DNA from: Weeksellaceae bacterium
Lineage (GTDB): Bacteria > Bacteroidota > Bacteroidia > Flavobacteriales > Weeksellaceae
Assembly (NCBI GenBank): GCA_041676545.1
Contig: JBAYRQ010000004.1
Location: 39,886 to 103,885, forward strand
Length of the DNA: 64,000 nucleotides
Direction: 5' to 3'
Of this stretch, positions 1 through 10,941 are shown in pieces (position 1 is the stretch's first letter; the number at the start of each line of letters is the position of its first letter). A model generated the notes under the pieces. The model did not search any database, had not been told where the DNA came from, and was given only the letters and a program-made list of their open reading frames with translations. The position numbers and the translations under genes are program-made.

Positions 1-2125
1 ATTTCTCTACTTCGCGTAATTTGTCTTCAGGAAGCATACTTGCTTTAAAATCGGTAAGATGGAGTTCTTTGGCAACAGCTTGTGCAGTGTTGTGATTGTC
101 ACCCGTCATCATAATTACATCGATTCCTCTTTCTTGAAGTTCCTTGATGGCTTTTGCACTGGTCGGTTTTATTTTATCACCAATTACGACATAGCCCACT
201 ACAACTTGGTCAACTGCTAAATACGAAACCGTTTTTCCTTGTTGTTGATAGCTTTTCGCTTCTTCTTCCATCTGCGGTTGAATTTCAGCATGTGCATGTT
301 CCATCATTTTCGGATTTCCCAAAGCAACTTTTTGCTGGCCCACTATGGCTTCAACTCCTTTTCCGGTTACCGCGCTGAAACCGTCTGATTGTAAAGTTTC
401 TGCACTTTGTTCTTTTCCGTATTGCACCGTGGCTGCTGCCAAAGGATGTTCGCTGTTTCCGTTTAAGGAAACAATATATTCCAATACTTTTTTGTCTGAG
501 AATTCCGAGGTAAATGAACCCACTTTTTCAACGGTTGGTTTTCCTTCGGTAATGGTTCCGGTTTTATCAATAATGAGCACATCTACTTTGTCCATTTTCT
601 CAAGGGCTTCTGCGTTTTTAATTAATACGCCATTTTGAGCTCCTTTACCTACACCAACCATCACAGACATGGGCGTGGCTAATCCTAAAGCACAAGGGCA
701 AGCAATAATTAGAACCGCAATGGCATTTACCAACGCATAAACATAGGCGGGTTCTGGACCCCAAATTGCCCAAACAGCAAATGTGATAAGTGAAATCACA
801 ACAACAGCCGGCACAAAATATCCCGATACTTTATCGGCTAAATTTTGAATCGGTGCACGACTTCGACTGGCATCATTCACCAAATGAATGATTTGCGAAA
901 GTAAAGTATCACTTCCCACTTTTTCAGCTTTCATCAAGAAAGACTGATTGCCGTTAATCGTTCCGCTACTTACTTTATCGCCCTTAATTTTACTGACTGG
1001 AATAGGTTCGCCGGTAATCATCGATTCATCAATACTCGATTCTCCTTCGGTAATCACCCCATCCACCGGAATTTTGTCGCCGGGTTTCACCCTTAGGATA
1101 TCATTTAATTCAATGGAATCTATGCTTACTTCTATTTCTTCGCCATCGACAACTTTCACCGCTTTATTGGGTGCTAATTTCAATAACTCTTTTACAGCGG
1201 AATTGGTTTTACTATGCGCCCTTGCTTCCAAAAGTTGACCCAAAAGAACCAAGGTTAGAATTACAGTTGCCGCTTCAAAATAAACATGGACTGCACCCGA
1301 TTCCGATAGGAATTGTTCTGGAAAAACATCCGGAACCAACATTCCAATTACACTAAATATCCACGCGACTCCGGCACCAATCCCAATTAATGTAAACATA
1401 TTGAGATTCCAAGTTTTGATACTTCGATAGGCACGCTCAAAAAACATCCAAGTGGCATAAAATACGACCGGAATAGAAAGTGCAAACTGAATCCAATTCC
1501 AATATTTTTGATGCATGATGTCATACAAAGGATTGTTGGAAATCATTTCACTCATCGCAATGACAAAGATAGGCAGCGTGAATATCATAGCTATCCAAAA
1601 CTTTTTAAGCAGAACTTTGTACGTTTTTTCTTCGGCTGAACTGTCGGCTTTCATTGGAACTAAATCCATTCCACATATTGGACAGGAACCCGGTTCGTCT
1701 CGTATAATTTCGGGATGCATCGGACAAGTCCATTGTTCTTTTTGAATGGCTGAAAGATTTTGTTCCTCTACCAAGGGCATTCCACAAACAGGACAATCTC
1801 CCGGTTTTGGATAGGTTTTGTCGCCCTCGCAGTGCATGGGACAATAAAAGACACCTGAACCGTTTCCTTTTTGTGCTTTTTCTTTCTTCTTTTCGGAAGT
1901 ATGAGGTTGTTCTCCCAAATTATAAATCGTATAATTTCCTCCATCGTTTTTTAAAACTTCTTGAAACTTTTCAATAGGGATGTGGCTTTCCATTTCGACG
2001 GATGCCTCCTTTTTCTCTAAATTTACATGCGCGCTTTTTACTCCTTCCATTTCAGAAAGCATTTTCTCTACGTGATTTTTACATCCTTCGCAGGTCATTC
2101 CATCGATGCTATATGTATGTTTCAT
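1..2125 (-). CDS. copA: Heavy-metal (Cu+)-translocating P1B-type ATPase; 3' end runs off the window
   Basis: Not in the ORF track (no stop in window). Manual translation from the ATG at 2125 gives [15 protein letters not shown] (HMA CxxC), two CPMH...CPxCGM metal-binding modules, [27 protein letters not shown] and TGDN. Confidence 0.93.
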   Translation of the reverse strand, partial: MKHTYSIDGMTCEGCKNHVEKMLSEMEGVKSAHVNLEKKEASVEMESHIPIEKFQEVLKNDGGNYTIYNLGEQPHTSEKKKEKAQKGNGSGVFYCPMHCEGDKTYPKPGDCPVCGMPLVEEQNLSAIQKEQWTCPMHPEIIRDEPGSCPICGMDLVPMKADSSAEEKTYKVLLKKFWIAMIFTLPIFVIAMSEMISNNPLYDIMHQKYWNWIQFALSIPVVFYATWMFFERAYRSIKTWNLNMFTLIGIGAGVAWIFSVIGMLVPDVFPEQFLSESGAVHVYFEAATVILTLVLLGQLLEARAHSKTNSAVKELLKLAPNKAVKVVDGEEIEVSIDSIELNDILRVKPGDKIPVDGVITEGESSIDESMITGEPIPVSKIKGDKVSSGTINGNQSFLMKAEKVGSDTLLSQIIHLVNDASRSRAPIQNLADKVSGYFVPAVVVISLITFAVWAIWGPEPAYVYALVNAIAVLIIACPCALGLATPMSVMVGVGKGAQNGVLIKNAEALEKMDKVDVLIIDKTGTITEGKPTVEKVGSFTSEFSDKKVLEYIVSLNGNSEHPLAAATVQYGKEQSAETLQSDGFSAVTGKGVEAIVGQQKVALGNPKMMEHAHAEIQPQMEEEAKSYQQQGKTVSYLAVDQVVVGYVVIGDKIKPTSAKAIKELQERGIDVIMMTGDNHNTAQAVAKELHLTDFKASMLPEDKLREVEK

Positions 2126-2270
2126 TTGAGTTATTTTTATGATTTATAAACGATTTGAAAATTAGTATCTGTTTAACCTATTATTTTTATTTGCCTGATA
2201 TTCAGTAATTAAATAAATAAATTGAGCAAAGTCCCCGCCAAAAATGCGGGGTTCACTTTGTGTGTTTTGC

Positions 2271-2831
2271 TTATTTTATTTCTTTCTGAACCTCTCCACA
2301 TTTCATCATTTTACTTCCGAAATAGGGATTTCTAATTTCTTTTTCCATACTCAACCAAGCACCACCTGTATCATTTGCATACATTGGACAATACTGCTGG
2401 TAGAGCGTGTGTTCTGTTCCTGTAATCGCAACCATGTCCGTAATGTCTTTGGTTAATTTTTGGAAATATTCTCTTTGTGTTTCCATGGTACCTTGTGTGA
2501 TTTGATTGGAATTCGAAATTGCCGAACTTAAAATTTCTTTCAAATCCTCTTGTTGTTCCGAAGAATAGTTTTCAACATTCAATCCTTTTAAAGTTTCCTC
2601 CAATTTTCTTCCTTCGTTTGCTGCCGCTTTTTCATCGGTATCTACCAACGCATTTTTAAGGGTCATATAATCTGCCAATACACGTTCGCTTTCTGAATTT
2701 TGTTTTTCAGAATTGTTTGTTGCCACCTCTTCGGTTTGTACTTCCGTTACGGTTTCTTTTTTACTGTCGCAAGACAGTGTTGTCAGTCCTACAAAAGCCA
2801 TTGCCATCATTGTTACTTTTACATTCTTCAT
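2271..2831 (-). CDS. DUF3347-family lipoprotein (metal-efflux associated)
   Basis: Lipobox-like LSC; C-terminal QQYCPMYANDTGGAWLS...IRNPYFGSKMMKCG motif typical of DUF3347; copper-cluster context. Confidence 0.85.
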   Translation of the reverse strand: MKNVKVTMMAMAFVGLTTLSCDSKKETVTEVQTEEVATNNSEKQNSESERVLADYMTLKNALVDTDEKAAANEGRKLEETLKGLNVENYSSEQQEDLKEILSSAISNSNQITQGTMETQREYFQKLTKDITDMVAITGTEHTLYQQYCPMYANDTGGAWLSMEKEIRNPYFGSKMMKCGEVQKEIK

Positions 2832-2894
2832 TTTTTTTTGATTTTAATTTGTTAATACTTGTATTTTTTATTTTTGAATTTTAATTTTTTCTGA

Positions 2895-4109
2895 TTAATT
2901 ATGGGTTAAATAATTAATCAACACCGTTTGCACATAATAAAGTTTTATCGCCTCAATTTGACCCATTTGGAATTTCAATTGCAATTCTTGAATGTCCAAT
3001 ACATCTTTGTAATCGATGGTTCCGGTTTCATACGTTTTCAGTAAAATTTCTTCCGCATCTTCTGCTTGTTTTAAATTTTCTCCTAGGGTATTGAATTTAA
3101 TTCGCGCTTGATTTCGTAACGAAATGGCTTTTGATAATTCCGCGGACAACACATTCAATCTTTCTTCTTTTTGGAATTGGATTTCTTGTTTGCGTAAATC
3201 ATTCTGAATCGTTTGAGATTTGTATTTTTTATTGAAAATAGGAATCGACAAGGAAACCATGGGCATAACCATATCCTTGAAAGGACTTGTAATCATGGAA
3301 CTGTTTTCTTGATTGATGTATTCCACTCCAAATCCCAAAGTAGGTCCACTTTCTTTTTGGTTTACCAATTCAGATTGTTCAACCGATTCATAGAGTTTGT
3401 CGTATTTCACTAATTCTGGATTTACAGCCAAACTTTCATAGTTATAAAAATCATCATTTTTTGGAATTTCCATCGAAGAAATTAAATCAATTTTGGTCGT
3501 AATCGCTCTATTCATCAAACTATTCAAAGCCGCTTCCAAGCCTTTGTTCTGCTGAATTAAGACATCGATTTCTTGTCTTAATTCATTCTGTCTAATTTTT
3601 AAACGCAATACATCCACTGCGGAAGCTCTACCTACTTCCAAGGCCGTAAGTGCAAGACGTTCATAGGTTTGAAGAAGTGTAATATTCTTTTCCAAAACTT
3701 CTTGTTTTTCTTTAATCTCATAAAGTTGGTAATAATTTTCCGAAATCGAAAGTGCTAATTTTCTTTTGGCAATGGTCACTTCCACATACTGCGCATCCGC
3801 CATGGAAGATGCATAGTTTTTTCGTGCAGAAAGAGTACCAAACCACGGTATCATTTGCATTACCGACACTCTAAATCGTTCCATGGGCATATCCATTTCG
3901 GGACCGATTGCCATATACCCCACATTAAAATCGGTATTGGGTAAGCTGTTGACTTCGTTTATTTTTTCAGAAGCAATTTTATACTGATACTCATATTTTT
4001 GAATTTCAGGACTGTTGCTTACTGCTTCTTGAATTAAGTCTTTAAGATGTTGTGCTTCTGTGAGTGTTGAAGTAAGCAACACCAAGATTAAGAGGATTGT
4101 ATTTTTCAT
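2895..4109 (-). CDS. TolC/CusC-family outer membrane efflux protein
   Basis: Signal peptide, helical OEP-like repeats, SLSIPIF motif, Met-rich loop (PEMDMPM); overlaps the cusA stop by 4 nt. Confidence 0.88.
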   Translation of the reverse strand: MKNTILLILVLLTSTLTEAQHLKDLIQEAVSNSPEIQKYEYQYKIASEKINEVNSLPNTDFNVGYMAIGPEMDMPMERFRVSVMQMIPWFGTLSARKNYASSMADAQYVEVTIAKRKLALSISENYYQLYEIKEKQEVLEKNITLLQTYERLALTALEVGRASAVDVLRLKIRQNELRQEIDVLIQQNKGLEAALNSLMNRAITTKIDLISSMEIPKNDDFYNYESLAVNPELVKYDKLYESVEQSELVNQKESGPTLGFGVEYINQENSSMITSPFKDMVMPMVSLSIPIFNKKYKSQTIQNDLRKQEIQFQKEERLNVLSAELSKAISLRNQARIKFNTLGENLKQAEDAEEILLKTYETGTIDYKDVLDIQELQLKFQMGQIEAIKLYYVQTVLINYLTHN

Positions 4110-7100
4110 TTTACTTTGTTTTTAAGTTGAGATTCAGCTCTCCAGCAATACAATACGGGAACTACAAATAAGGTAATCAGCGCGATGAACATTCCACCAA
4201 AACTGGGAATTGCCATAGGAATCATTATGTCACTTCCACGTCCTGTGGAGGTTAAAATCGGTAGAAGCGCCAAGAGGGTCGTACCTGTAGTCATCAAACA
4301 AGGTCGAATTCGTTTTTTTCCTGCTTCTGTCACTGCCGCACGAATTTCGTTTTTGGTTTCGGGCGTATTCTTTTCAAAAGTTTGTGTTAAATAGGTGGCC
4401 ATAACCACACCATCATCTGTTGCAATTCCAAAGAGAGCAATAAACCCGACCCAGACCGCGACACTTAGATTTATGGGATGCATTTGGAACATATCCCGCA
4501 AATTTTCACCAAAAAAGGAGAAGTTCAAAAACCAATCTTGTCCATAGAACCAAATCATGAGAAATCCACCTGCAAAGGCGACGGCAATTCCCGAAAATAC
4601 CATCAAAGATGTAGCGACCGAACGGAATTGGAAATATAGAATTAAAAAGATAATTAGCAATGCCAAAGGCACAATGACGGAAAGTGTTTTCTCGGCCCGC
4701 AGTTGATTTTCATACGTTCCTGTAAACTGATAATTTATTCCTTGGGGAACGACAAGTTCTCCACTTGCAATTTTTTCTTTGATTAAATCCTGCGCGTTTT
4801 CCACCACATTCACTTCGGCATACCCTTCGATTTTGTCAAACAAAACATGACCGACTAAAAAAGTATCTTCACTGTTAATCATTTGAGGTCCTTGTTCATA
4901 CCGAATTTCCACAAGTTCACCCAAAGGCACAGGAGTTCCATTTTCTACGGGAACATAAATACTTTCTAAATCTTCTGGATTTGCACGTAACTCGCGCGGA
5001 TAACGGACACGAACTCCGTATCTTTCTCTACCTTCAACCGTTTGAGTCAGAGCCATTCCACCCACTGCAACTTCCAGAATCTCTTGAACTTCTTCAATGG
5101 AAACTCCATACCGAGCCAATCGCTCTCGATTAATGTCGATCAATAAATACGGTTTCCCAACGATTCGATCGGCAAAAACAGCTTCTACTTTTACGCCTTC
5201 TGCATGTTTTAAAATCTCTTCAAGTTCGATTCCAAAGGCTTCAATTTTCAGAAGGTCTTGTCCTTTGACTTTAATTCCCATCGGTGCGCGCATTCCTGTT
5301 TGTAACATCACTAAACGCGTTTCTATGGGTTGTAATTTGGGAGCAGAAGTGACACCGGGGAGTTTTGTTACCCGAACAATTTCATTCCAAATATCGTCCG
5401 GAGATTTTATTTCCGGTCGCCAATTTCTATAAAACTCACCTTTAGAATCGGGAATGAGATCTTGATCCTGTACAAAAAACGCGTCTTTGTGATTGGAATG
5501 ATCGCCATCCTCATCCTCATCCTTTTTACGATTTGGATTTTGCACCAAACCTCCATCTTTCAGTACAAAAAGCCCATCCTTATTGACTTTAAATCGTTGC
5601 CGTTTTCCATTTTCATTTAATGCATATTCCGATTTGTATAAAATGACATTTTCATACATCGATAGGGGAGCCGGGTCAAGCGCAGACTCGGTTCGACCTG
5701 CTTTTCCAACCACGGTTTTAATTTCGGGAATACTAGCCACCGCCATATCCAATTGCTGAAGAACGCGTTTGTTTTCGTCCACCCCGGAATGAGGCATGGA
5801 AGTCGGCATCAGTAGAAAAGAACCTTCGTTCAAAGAAGGCATAAATTCTTTGCCTGTATTTTGCCAAATTAAAACACCACAAATAACTATCAGTGTAGGA
5901 ATAGAAAGGAACAAAAGCTTATTCCGTAATGCCCAACTTAGAATTCGTGTATAGTAATGTTGAAATACCCAAAAAGTTCCTAAAAGACCAAAACAAATTA
6001 ATCCTACAAACACTAAATTCCAAAAAATATTTTTATCCAATCCCAGCGGACGCCAAAATTCAGCGAGTAAGTAAATAACCGCAAAGGCTGAAATAAATAT
6101 ATTGAGTGTGTTGGCGCGTTTATCTGTGATTGTTAGTTTGGTCGATATTTTGGACGTAATGTTTTCATCTTTCAAAAGTCCTGTAATTCCAAAACCAATT
6201 AGAATAACTCCCAATGCATATCCAAAAATTAAGGATAGAATACCTAGAAGAATTAATAGGAAACTGATGAAATTCGCAGTAATTCTTTTCAGGCTTTTTC
6301 TTCGGAATAAATATGCTGCAAAAGGAGGAATTAGAAATAAAGCAACGACAAGCGATGCTGCAATCGCCATTGTTTTGGTAAAAGCCAAGGGACGGAATAA
6401 TTTACCTTCTGCACCAATCATGGTGAACACCGGAATAAAACTAATAATCGTTGTCAAAACCGCAGTAAGAATAGCACCTGAAACTTCGGCACTTGCATTA
6501 TAAACCACTGTATTTATGGTTTGTTTTACACCTGTTTCTGCAACTCTTTGTTTTTCTTCATCCAAATGTTGAATTATATTTTCAGAAAGTATAATTCCAA
6601 TATCAACCATGGTTCCAATGGCAATCGCAATTCCAGATAAGGCAACAATGTTGGCATCGACATTAAAGAACTTCATTGAAATAAAAACCATTAAAACTGC
6701 TACCGGTAAAAGTCCGGAGATAAGGATGGAAGCTCTCAGGTTAAAAACCATTATAATTATCACAAAAATCGTAATGAGAATTTCTAAACTCAAAGCTTCA
6801 TCGAGCGTGTTTAGGGTTTCTTGAATAAGTTCCGATCGATCATAAAAAGGAACGACGGTAAGTTGGGAAATCGTCCCGTCTGAAAGTTCTTTGGAAGGTA
6901 AACCTGCTTTTAATTCGTCAATTTTCTCTTTTACATTATGGATAACTTCCATTGGATTCGCACCGTATCGCGCGGTTACAACTCCGCCTACCACTTCAGC
7001 ACCTTCTTTATCCAAAATCCCTCTTCGTGGTGCTGGACCTATACTTACATTCGCAATATCTTTAATTCGAATGGACGTATATTCTTCAGAAGTAACCACA

Positions 7101-7891
7101 GCGTCTTCAATATCTGCAACGGATTTTATGTAGCCCAAACCACGAACCAAGTATTCTGCTTGGTTAATTTCCATGGTTTGTGCGCCGATATCTTTGTTGC
7201 TTTCTTTTACAGCTTTCACAATTTCGGCCAAACCAATATTGTATTGACGCATCAACTCAGGTTTCACATCGATTTGATATTCCTGCACATAACCACCAAT
7301 CGACGCGACTTCAGAAACGCCACTTGCCGAAGAAAGCGCATATTTCACATAATAATCTTGAATACTTCGCAATTCATGCAAATCCCAACCGCCGGTTACT
7401 TTTCCGTCTTTATCGCGTCCCTCCAAGGTGTACCAGTAAATTTGGCCAAGACCTGTTGCATCTGGACCTAAGGATGGATTCACGCCGGATGGAAGTAAAC
7501 CGGAAGGCAAAGAGTTTAGCTTTTCTAAAATTCGACTTCGGCTCCAATAAAATTCAACATCTTCATCAAAAATGATATAGATGCTTGAGAAACCAAACAT
7601 GGAAGAACTTCGAATGGTTTTAACGCCAGGAATTCCTAACAATGTAGTTGTAAGTGGATAGCTAATTTGATCTTCAATATCTTGTGGAGATCGACCTTCC
7701 CATTGGGTATAAACAATTTGTTGATTTTCACCGATGTCAGGAATGGCATCTACAGCGACGGGATTCGTGGGTAAAAAGCCGGTATCCCAATTAAACGGAG
7801 CATTTACCACGCCCATACCTATAAAGAGTGCGAGCATTAAGACCGCTACCAATTTATTTTCGATTAGAAATTTTATGCCTTTATTTAGCAT
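4106..7891 (-). CDS. cusA: CusA/CzcA-family heavy-metal efflux RND permease
   Basis: DAIPDIGENQQIV, GPDATGLGQI, GIAIAIGTMVD, RIRPCLMT and PMAIPSFGG motifs; 1261 aa. Confidence 0.95.
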   Translation of the reverse strand: MLNKGIKFLIENKLVAVLMLALFIGMGVVNAPFNWDTGFLPTNPVAVDAIPDIGENQQIVYTQWEGRSPQDIEDQISYPLTTTLLGIPGVKTIRSSSMFGFSSIYIIFDEDVEFYWSRSRILEKLNSLPSGLLPSGVNPSLGPDATGLGQIYWYTLEGRDKDGKVTGGWDLHELRSIQDYYVKYALSSASGVSEVASIGGYVQEYQIDVKPELMRQYNIGLAEIVKAVKESNKDIGAQTMEINQAEYLVRGLGYIKSVADIEDAVVTSEEYTSIRIKDIANVSIGPAPRRGILDKEGAEVVGGVVTARYGANPMEVIHNVKEKIDELKAGLPSKELSDGTISQLTVVPFYDRSELIQETLNTLDEALSLEILITIFVIIIMVFNLRASILISGLLPVAVLMVFISMKFFNVDANIVALSGIAIAIGTMVDIGIILSENIIQHLDEEKQRVAETGVKQTINTVVYNASAEVSGAILTAVLTTIISFIPVFTMIGAEGKLFRPLAFTKTMAIAASLVVALFLIPPFAAYLFRRKSLKRITANFISFLLILLGILSLIFGYALGVILIGFGITGLLKDENITSKISTKLTITDKRANTLNIFISAFAVIYLLAEFWRPLGLDKNIFWNLVFVGLICFGLLGTFWVFQHYYTRILSWALRNKLLFLSIPTLIVICGVLIWQNTGKEFMPSLNEGSFLLMPTSMPHSGVDENKRVLQQLDMAVASIPEIKTVVGKAGRTESALDPAPLSMYENVILYKSEYALNENGKRQRFKVNKDGLFVLKDGGLVQNPNRKKDEDEDGDHSNHKDAFFVQDQDLIPDSKGEFYRNWRPEIKSPDDIWNEIVRVTKLPGVTSAPKLQPIETRLVMLQTGMRAPMGIKVKGQDLLKIEAFGIELEEILKHAEGVKVEAVFADRIVGKPYLLIDINRERLARYGVSIEEVQEILEVAVGGMALTQTVEGRERYGVRVRYPRELRANPEDLESIYVPVENGTPVPLGELVEIRYEQGPQMINSEDTFLVGHVLFDKIEGYAEVNVVENAQDLIKEKIASGELVVPQGINYQFTGTYENQLRAEKTLSVIVPLALLIIFLILYFQFRSVATSLMVFSGIAVAFAGGFLMIWFYGQDWFLNFSFFGENLRDMFQMHPINLSVAVWVGFIALFGIATDDGVVMATYLTQTFEKNTPETKNEIRAAVTEAGKKRIRPCLMTTGTTLLALLPILTSTGRGSDIMIPMAIPSFGGMFIALITLFVVPVLYCWRAESQLKNKVK

Positions 7892-8042
7892 TTGAATTGA
7901 TTGTTAAACAGTTAAGTATTGAATAGAATCCTGAAAATCAGAATGTTATAGTCAACAAAATAAGCCCTGAATGGTTGAGACCAAAGGGCAGACTTTCCAA
8001 TCCATCTCGAAAGGTATCGGGATTGGATTGGTAACTGTTAAA

Positions 8043-8456
8043 TCAAATTAAATAAATGTCGTGGAGCTTCTGTATATCCCGAATGAGTAAAGGCGGTTTG
8101 TAATCCTTAAATGGGATAACGCGTACATTTTTATTTTCAAAAAGAGAGATATACGAATGGTAAAAAGAAACAACAAAAGTTTGTTGCTCAAAGGTTAACG
8201 TATCAAAGGTTAATTGCAATTCACCTTGTCCTTCAACGATGATTTGCTCATCGTTGCAACAATCTTTTTTACCGGTGGAACACGATTCTGTAGAAGGAAT
8301 TTCCATTTCCATTCCACAGGTATCTACTTTATGAAAAATTGCAGCGTCCACCAACATATCGCCACAATAGTGTAAGTCTATTGTGAACGACATCGTAGAA
8401 AAGAACACGACCATCGCCATTAAAAAGGATACTATTTTATGAAAAATTTGTTTCAT
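8043..8456 (-). CDS. HYC_CC_PP family protein
   Basis: HYC, CC and PP motifs in order (DLHYCGD...DCCND...YKPPL); typical first gene of Bacteroidota metal-efflux operons. Confidence 0.88.
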   Translation of the reverse strand: MKQIFHKIVSFLMAMVVFFSTMSFTIDLHYCGDMLVDAAIFHKVDTCGMEMEIPSTESCSTGKKDCCNDEQIIVEGQGELQLTFDTLTFEQQTFVVSFYHSYISLFENKNVRVIPFKDYKPPLLIRDIQKLHDIYLI

Positions 8457-8464
8457 CCGAATTG

Positions 8465-8472
8465 CAAATATA
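8465..8472 (-). promoter_or_regulatory. Bacteroidota -7 promoter element (TATATTTG) for the copper operon
   Basis: Matches TAnnTTTG, 8 nt upstream of the HYC_CC_PP start. Confidence 0.6.
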
Positions 8473-8653
8473 CTGAAAAATATTTACAGTGGGGAAAAGA
8501 AAGGTGAGGTAAGTTAAAAACCGGAGCGTGTTTTTTTTAATTAATAGCTTATCCAAAAGGATTTATTTCCGTGTAATTTTTAACATAATTATATCGTAAA
8601 TATGTATTTATTTTTTAGGAATAGACGTAAATTACGTCTTAAAAATCAATACG

Positions 8654-9382
8654 ATGAGAGTTCCTGTAATCCGAAAACAAGTTCATTTTCTTCCCGATTC
8701 CAGCCGCGTGGTGGCGCGCTATTTTATGAACGGAGATCAACCTACAAAAGATATGCTTGCACTGGTTTTTGCAATGAATGAAAGCGATGTTCACATTGCG
8801 CTTAATCAAACACTGAGAGAATTTGCATACAGGCATCGGAATATTACTTTACTCTTTAAGAAACATTATCAAAATGTAGTTGGACTAATTGAACAAATGC
8901 CGGTAAAAATGGATGCGATATCCGAGGAGCGTAAACTGCTCATTGGGTCGTATCTCACCATGGAATATTCTTTGGAATCGACCGCGTTTTTTAATCCCTC
9001 TATCATACCAGATATTGATCAATCGTATTTGGAAGAAGGAGAACTCCGCGTTATTATTTCTTTTCGAGCAACGGGTGAGGGACATATTTCATCCATTGTA
9101 TTCCGAAGGGCGATTTTGGATCGAAACAATGATTTGCACTTGATGACGATAGGTAAATCGATGGATATTGCGAAAGTTTCTCAAAAAACATCCTACCATA
9201 CAGGACGGTTTGTAGAGAAAATGAAAGAGATGAAAATTCCTGAAAAGTATTCCAAAGCGATTGTAGAGAATTTACCAGACCACTTTGATTATTACGATTT
9301 AAAAAATTCATATCGGTATTCCTTCATTAATTCGGGGAGTGTGGTTCCTTTTAACTTTCCTTCGGATACTTTACTCGCATGA
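8654..9382 (+). pseudogene. Truncated GH130-family glycosidase/phosphorylase (N-terminal half only)
   Basis: MEYSLESTAFFNPSI and ISFRATGEGHISSIVFR match the long Bacteroidota GH130-type proteins. Recognisable sequence stops near 9305 and the frame then reads into the antisense of the PMI fragment. Confidence 0.75.
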
Positions 9383-9528
9383 TCCTTTCGATCGCTTAAA
9401 AGCCATGCTTCTCCAATAGGGTCATTTTCAGGAAGAGGTTCTGAAAGTAAATGCGCTAATTTTCTACCTCCCCATATTCTGTATTGATAGATCGGATCGA
9501 ACTTCAACGGATAAATTTGCGTGCTCAT
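9292..9528 (-). pseudogene. manA: Truncated class I mannose-6-phosphate isomerase (N-terminal ~73 aa)
   Basis: YPLKFDPIYQYRIWGG...PIGEAWLLSD is the type I PMI N-terminus; the ORF stops at 78 aa, before the catalytic cupin motifs. Confidence 0.8.
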
Positions 9529-9670
9529 CGTAATTTATTTAAGTGTGTATAGCGAAATAAGAAGTAGAATAAAAGTACGAAAGACTCACTGCAACAGTGT
9601 TATATATTTATATTTTTAGTTACATATATTACAGATTTTTTTAAAGTTTGAATTAAAAATAAAAATAAAA

Positions 9671-9700
9671 AAAAGCGTCAAACTCACATTTGACGCTTTT
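9671..9700. terminator. Intrinsic terminator downstream of csbD
   Basis: AAAAGCGTCAAA-ctcaca-TTTGACGCTTTT perfect inverted repeat with an A-tract on its left (U-tract on the minus strand). Confidence 0.8.
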
Positions 9701-9724
9701 CGTTTGTGTAAACAAACTCGCTAC

Positions 9725-9916
9725 TTAAACTTTCCATTCATTAATCATCTTTTCTACCTCTTCACGGGTTTTTCCAGATTTTTCTTGAATGTTTCCGATT
9801 ACTTGGTCAATTTTCCCTTCAGCCAAAGCTTCGTTGTCATTAAACCACTCACCGTACTTTTCTTTTACGCTTCCTTTAATTTGTTTCCATTTTCCTTCTA
9901 ATTCATCTTTGTTCAT
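9725..9916 (-). CDS. csbD: CsbD/YjbJ-family stress protein
   Basis: MNKDELEGKWKQIKGSVKEKYG...EGKIDQVIGNIQEKSG, 63 aa. Confidence 0.9.
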   Translation of the reverse strand: MNKDELEGKWKQIKGSVKEKYGEWFNDNEALAEGKIDQVIGNIQEKSGKTREEVEKMINEWKV

Positions 9917-10082
9917 GATCTTTAATTTTTATGATTAATAATACTTCATAAAAGGCAAGGATTATTCCATCAAATGGAATTGAAAGCTAAGATTGAGTTA
10001 AAAAAAGTTAAAGTTTGTTAAACCGGAGTTGCTTTATGGGAACGGATTTGGTGTTTATTATTTCCATGAATTAGAAATAAAG

Positions 10083-10113
10083 AGACCGTCTCATTCTGAA
10101 AACGAGACGGTCT
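10083..10113. terminator. Intrinsic terminator downstream of the FKBP lipoprotein gene
   Basis: AGACCGTCTC / GAGACGGTCT 10-bp perfect stem. Confidence 0.75.
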
Positions 10114-10136
10114 TTATTGTTTTAATTTTCTATGTA

Positions 10137-10874
10137 TTAATTTGTATTTCGTGGAATTACTTTGTGTACTTCAAAATTAAATACAAAACTATTGTCTCTA
10201 TACGAATTCGGATCAAGTTGACCGCCTAAATACACAAAATCACGACCGTATGCCATTCTCGAAGGAACGATGATAGCACCTTGGAAATTGTACAAATCGG
10301 AACCGTTTGTTTGGGTAGATTTAAATTCTTTCAATCCTTCCACAAATCCCTCGATTACAAAATAAGACAAGTCAATATTTCGAGTAATCATCTCTTCGGT
10401 CAATTTGGTATGATAGAAAACAGGATCCCAAGCTGCTGTTCCTGTTGAATAAATCGTATTGAAAAAAGGAGCTGGGAATTTATTGTATGCTCTTTGATTT
10501 TCGTTCAAATCTTCATATGAAGCTTTGAATCGGGAGGAATTGTATGAAATTAAGATACTATCCTGGGTATTTGAAACTACCGAAGTTCCTTCTGCTTCAA
10601 CGCCTGGACGTTTAACAACCCAAACTCCAGAAGGCAATTTTACACCTTGTGATTTCAGATTTGGATACGTATCGTCTTCTTCATCCTCCTCGTCGTATTT
10701 TTTGATTACACCTCTTTCAGGATCAAAATAATGGTCCTCTAAATAGTCCACAATCGCTTGATCATCGATTTGATTTTGCTCATCCTGCGGTAAATCTCTA
10801 TTGTCGTCGTCACTTTTACAAGCTCCTAAAAAAACACCTGCAAGAAGAAGTGCAATTCCCCATTTTTTCATCAT
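10137..10874 (-). CDS. FKBP-type peptidyl-prolyl isomerase-like lipoprotein
   Basis: Lipobox LGAC after MMKKWG (start moved to 10874; TACATTTG -7 element at 10909-10902); VIEGFVEGL and IIVPSRMAYG FKBP motifs. Confidence 0.75.
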   Translation of the reverse strand: MMKKWGIALLLAGVFLGACKSDDDNRDLPQDEQNQIDDQAIVDYLEDHYFDPERGVIKKYDEEDEEDDTYPNLKSQGVKLPSGVWVVKRPGVEAEGTSVVSNTQDSILISYNSSRFKASYEDLNENQRAYNKFPAPFFNTIYSTGTAAWDPVFYHTKLTEEMITRNIDLSYFVIEGFVEGLKEFKSTQTNGSDLYNFQGAIIVPSRMAYGRDFVYLGGQLDPNSYRDNSFVFNFEVHKVIPRNTN

Positions 10875-10941
10875 AAAATTTCTATTTAAATTGCGAAGGG
10901 ACAAATGTACAAAAATTAAGTTCTTCAAAATAGATATTATA

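Noticed and set aside
154-1844. Short ORFs listed in the first 2 kb
   Set aside because: They are antisense or out-of-frame shadows of the copper ATPase, which the track missed because it lacks a stop in the window.
6938-7575. Plus-strand ORFs of 177 and 131 aa inside cusA
   Set aside because: Antisense to a conserved gene, with no motifs.
8650-9532. TACGATGAG inverted repeat at the GH130 and PMI start codons
   Set aside because: Only 9 bp and centred on ATG; explainable by shared initiation context rather than element ends.
10801-10941. N-terminal extension of hslR in the ORF track
   Set aside because: It overlaps the divergent FKBP gene; homology begins at MRLDKF (10942).
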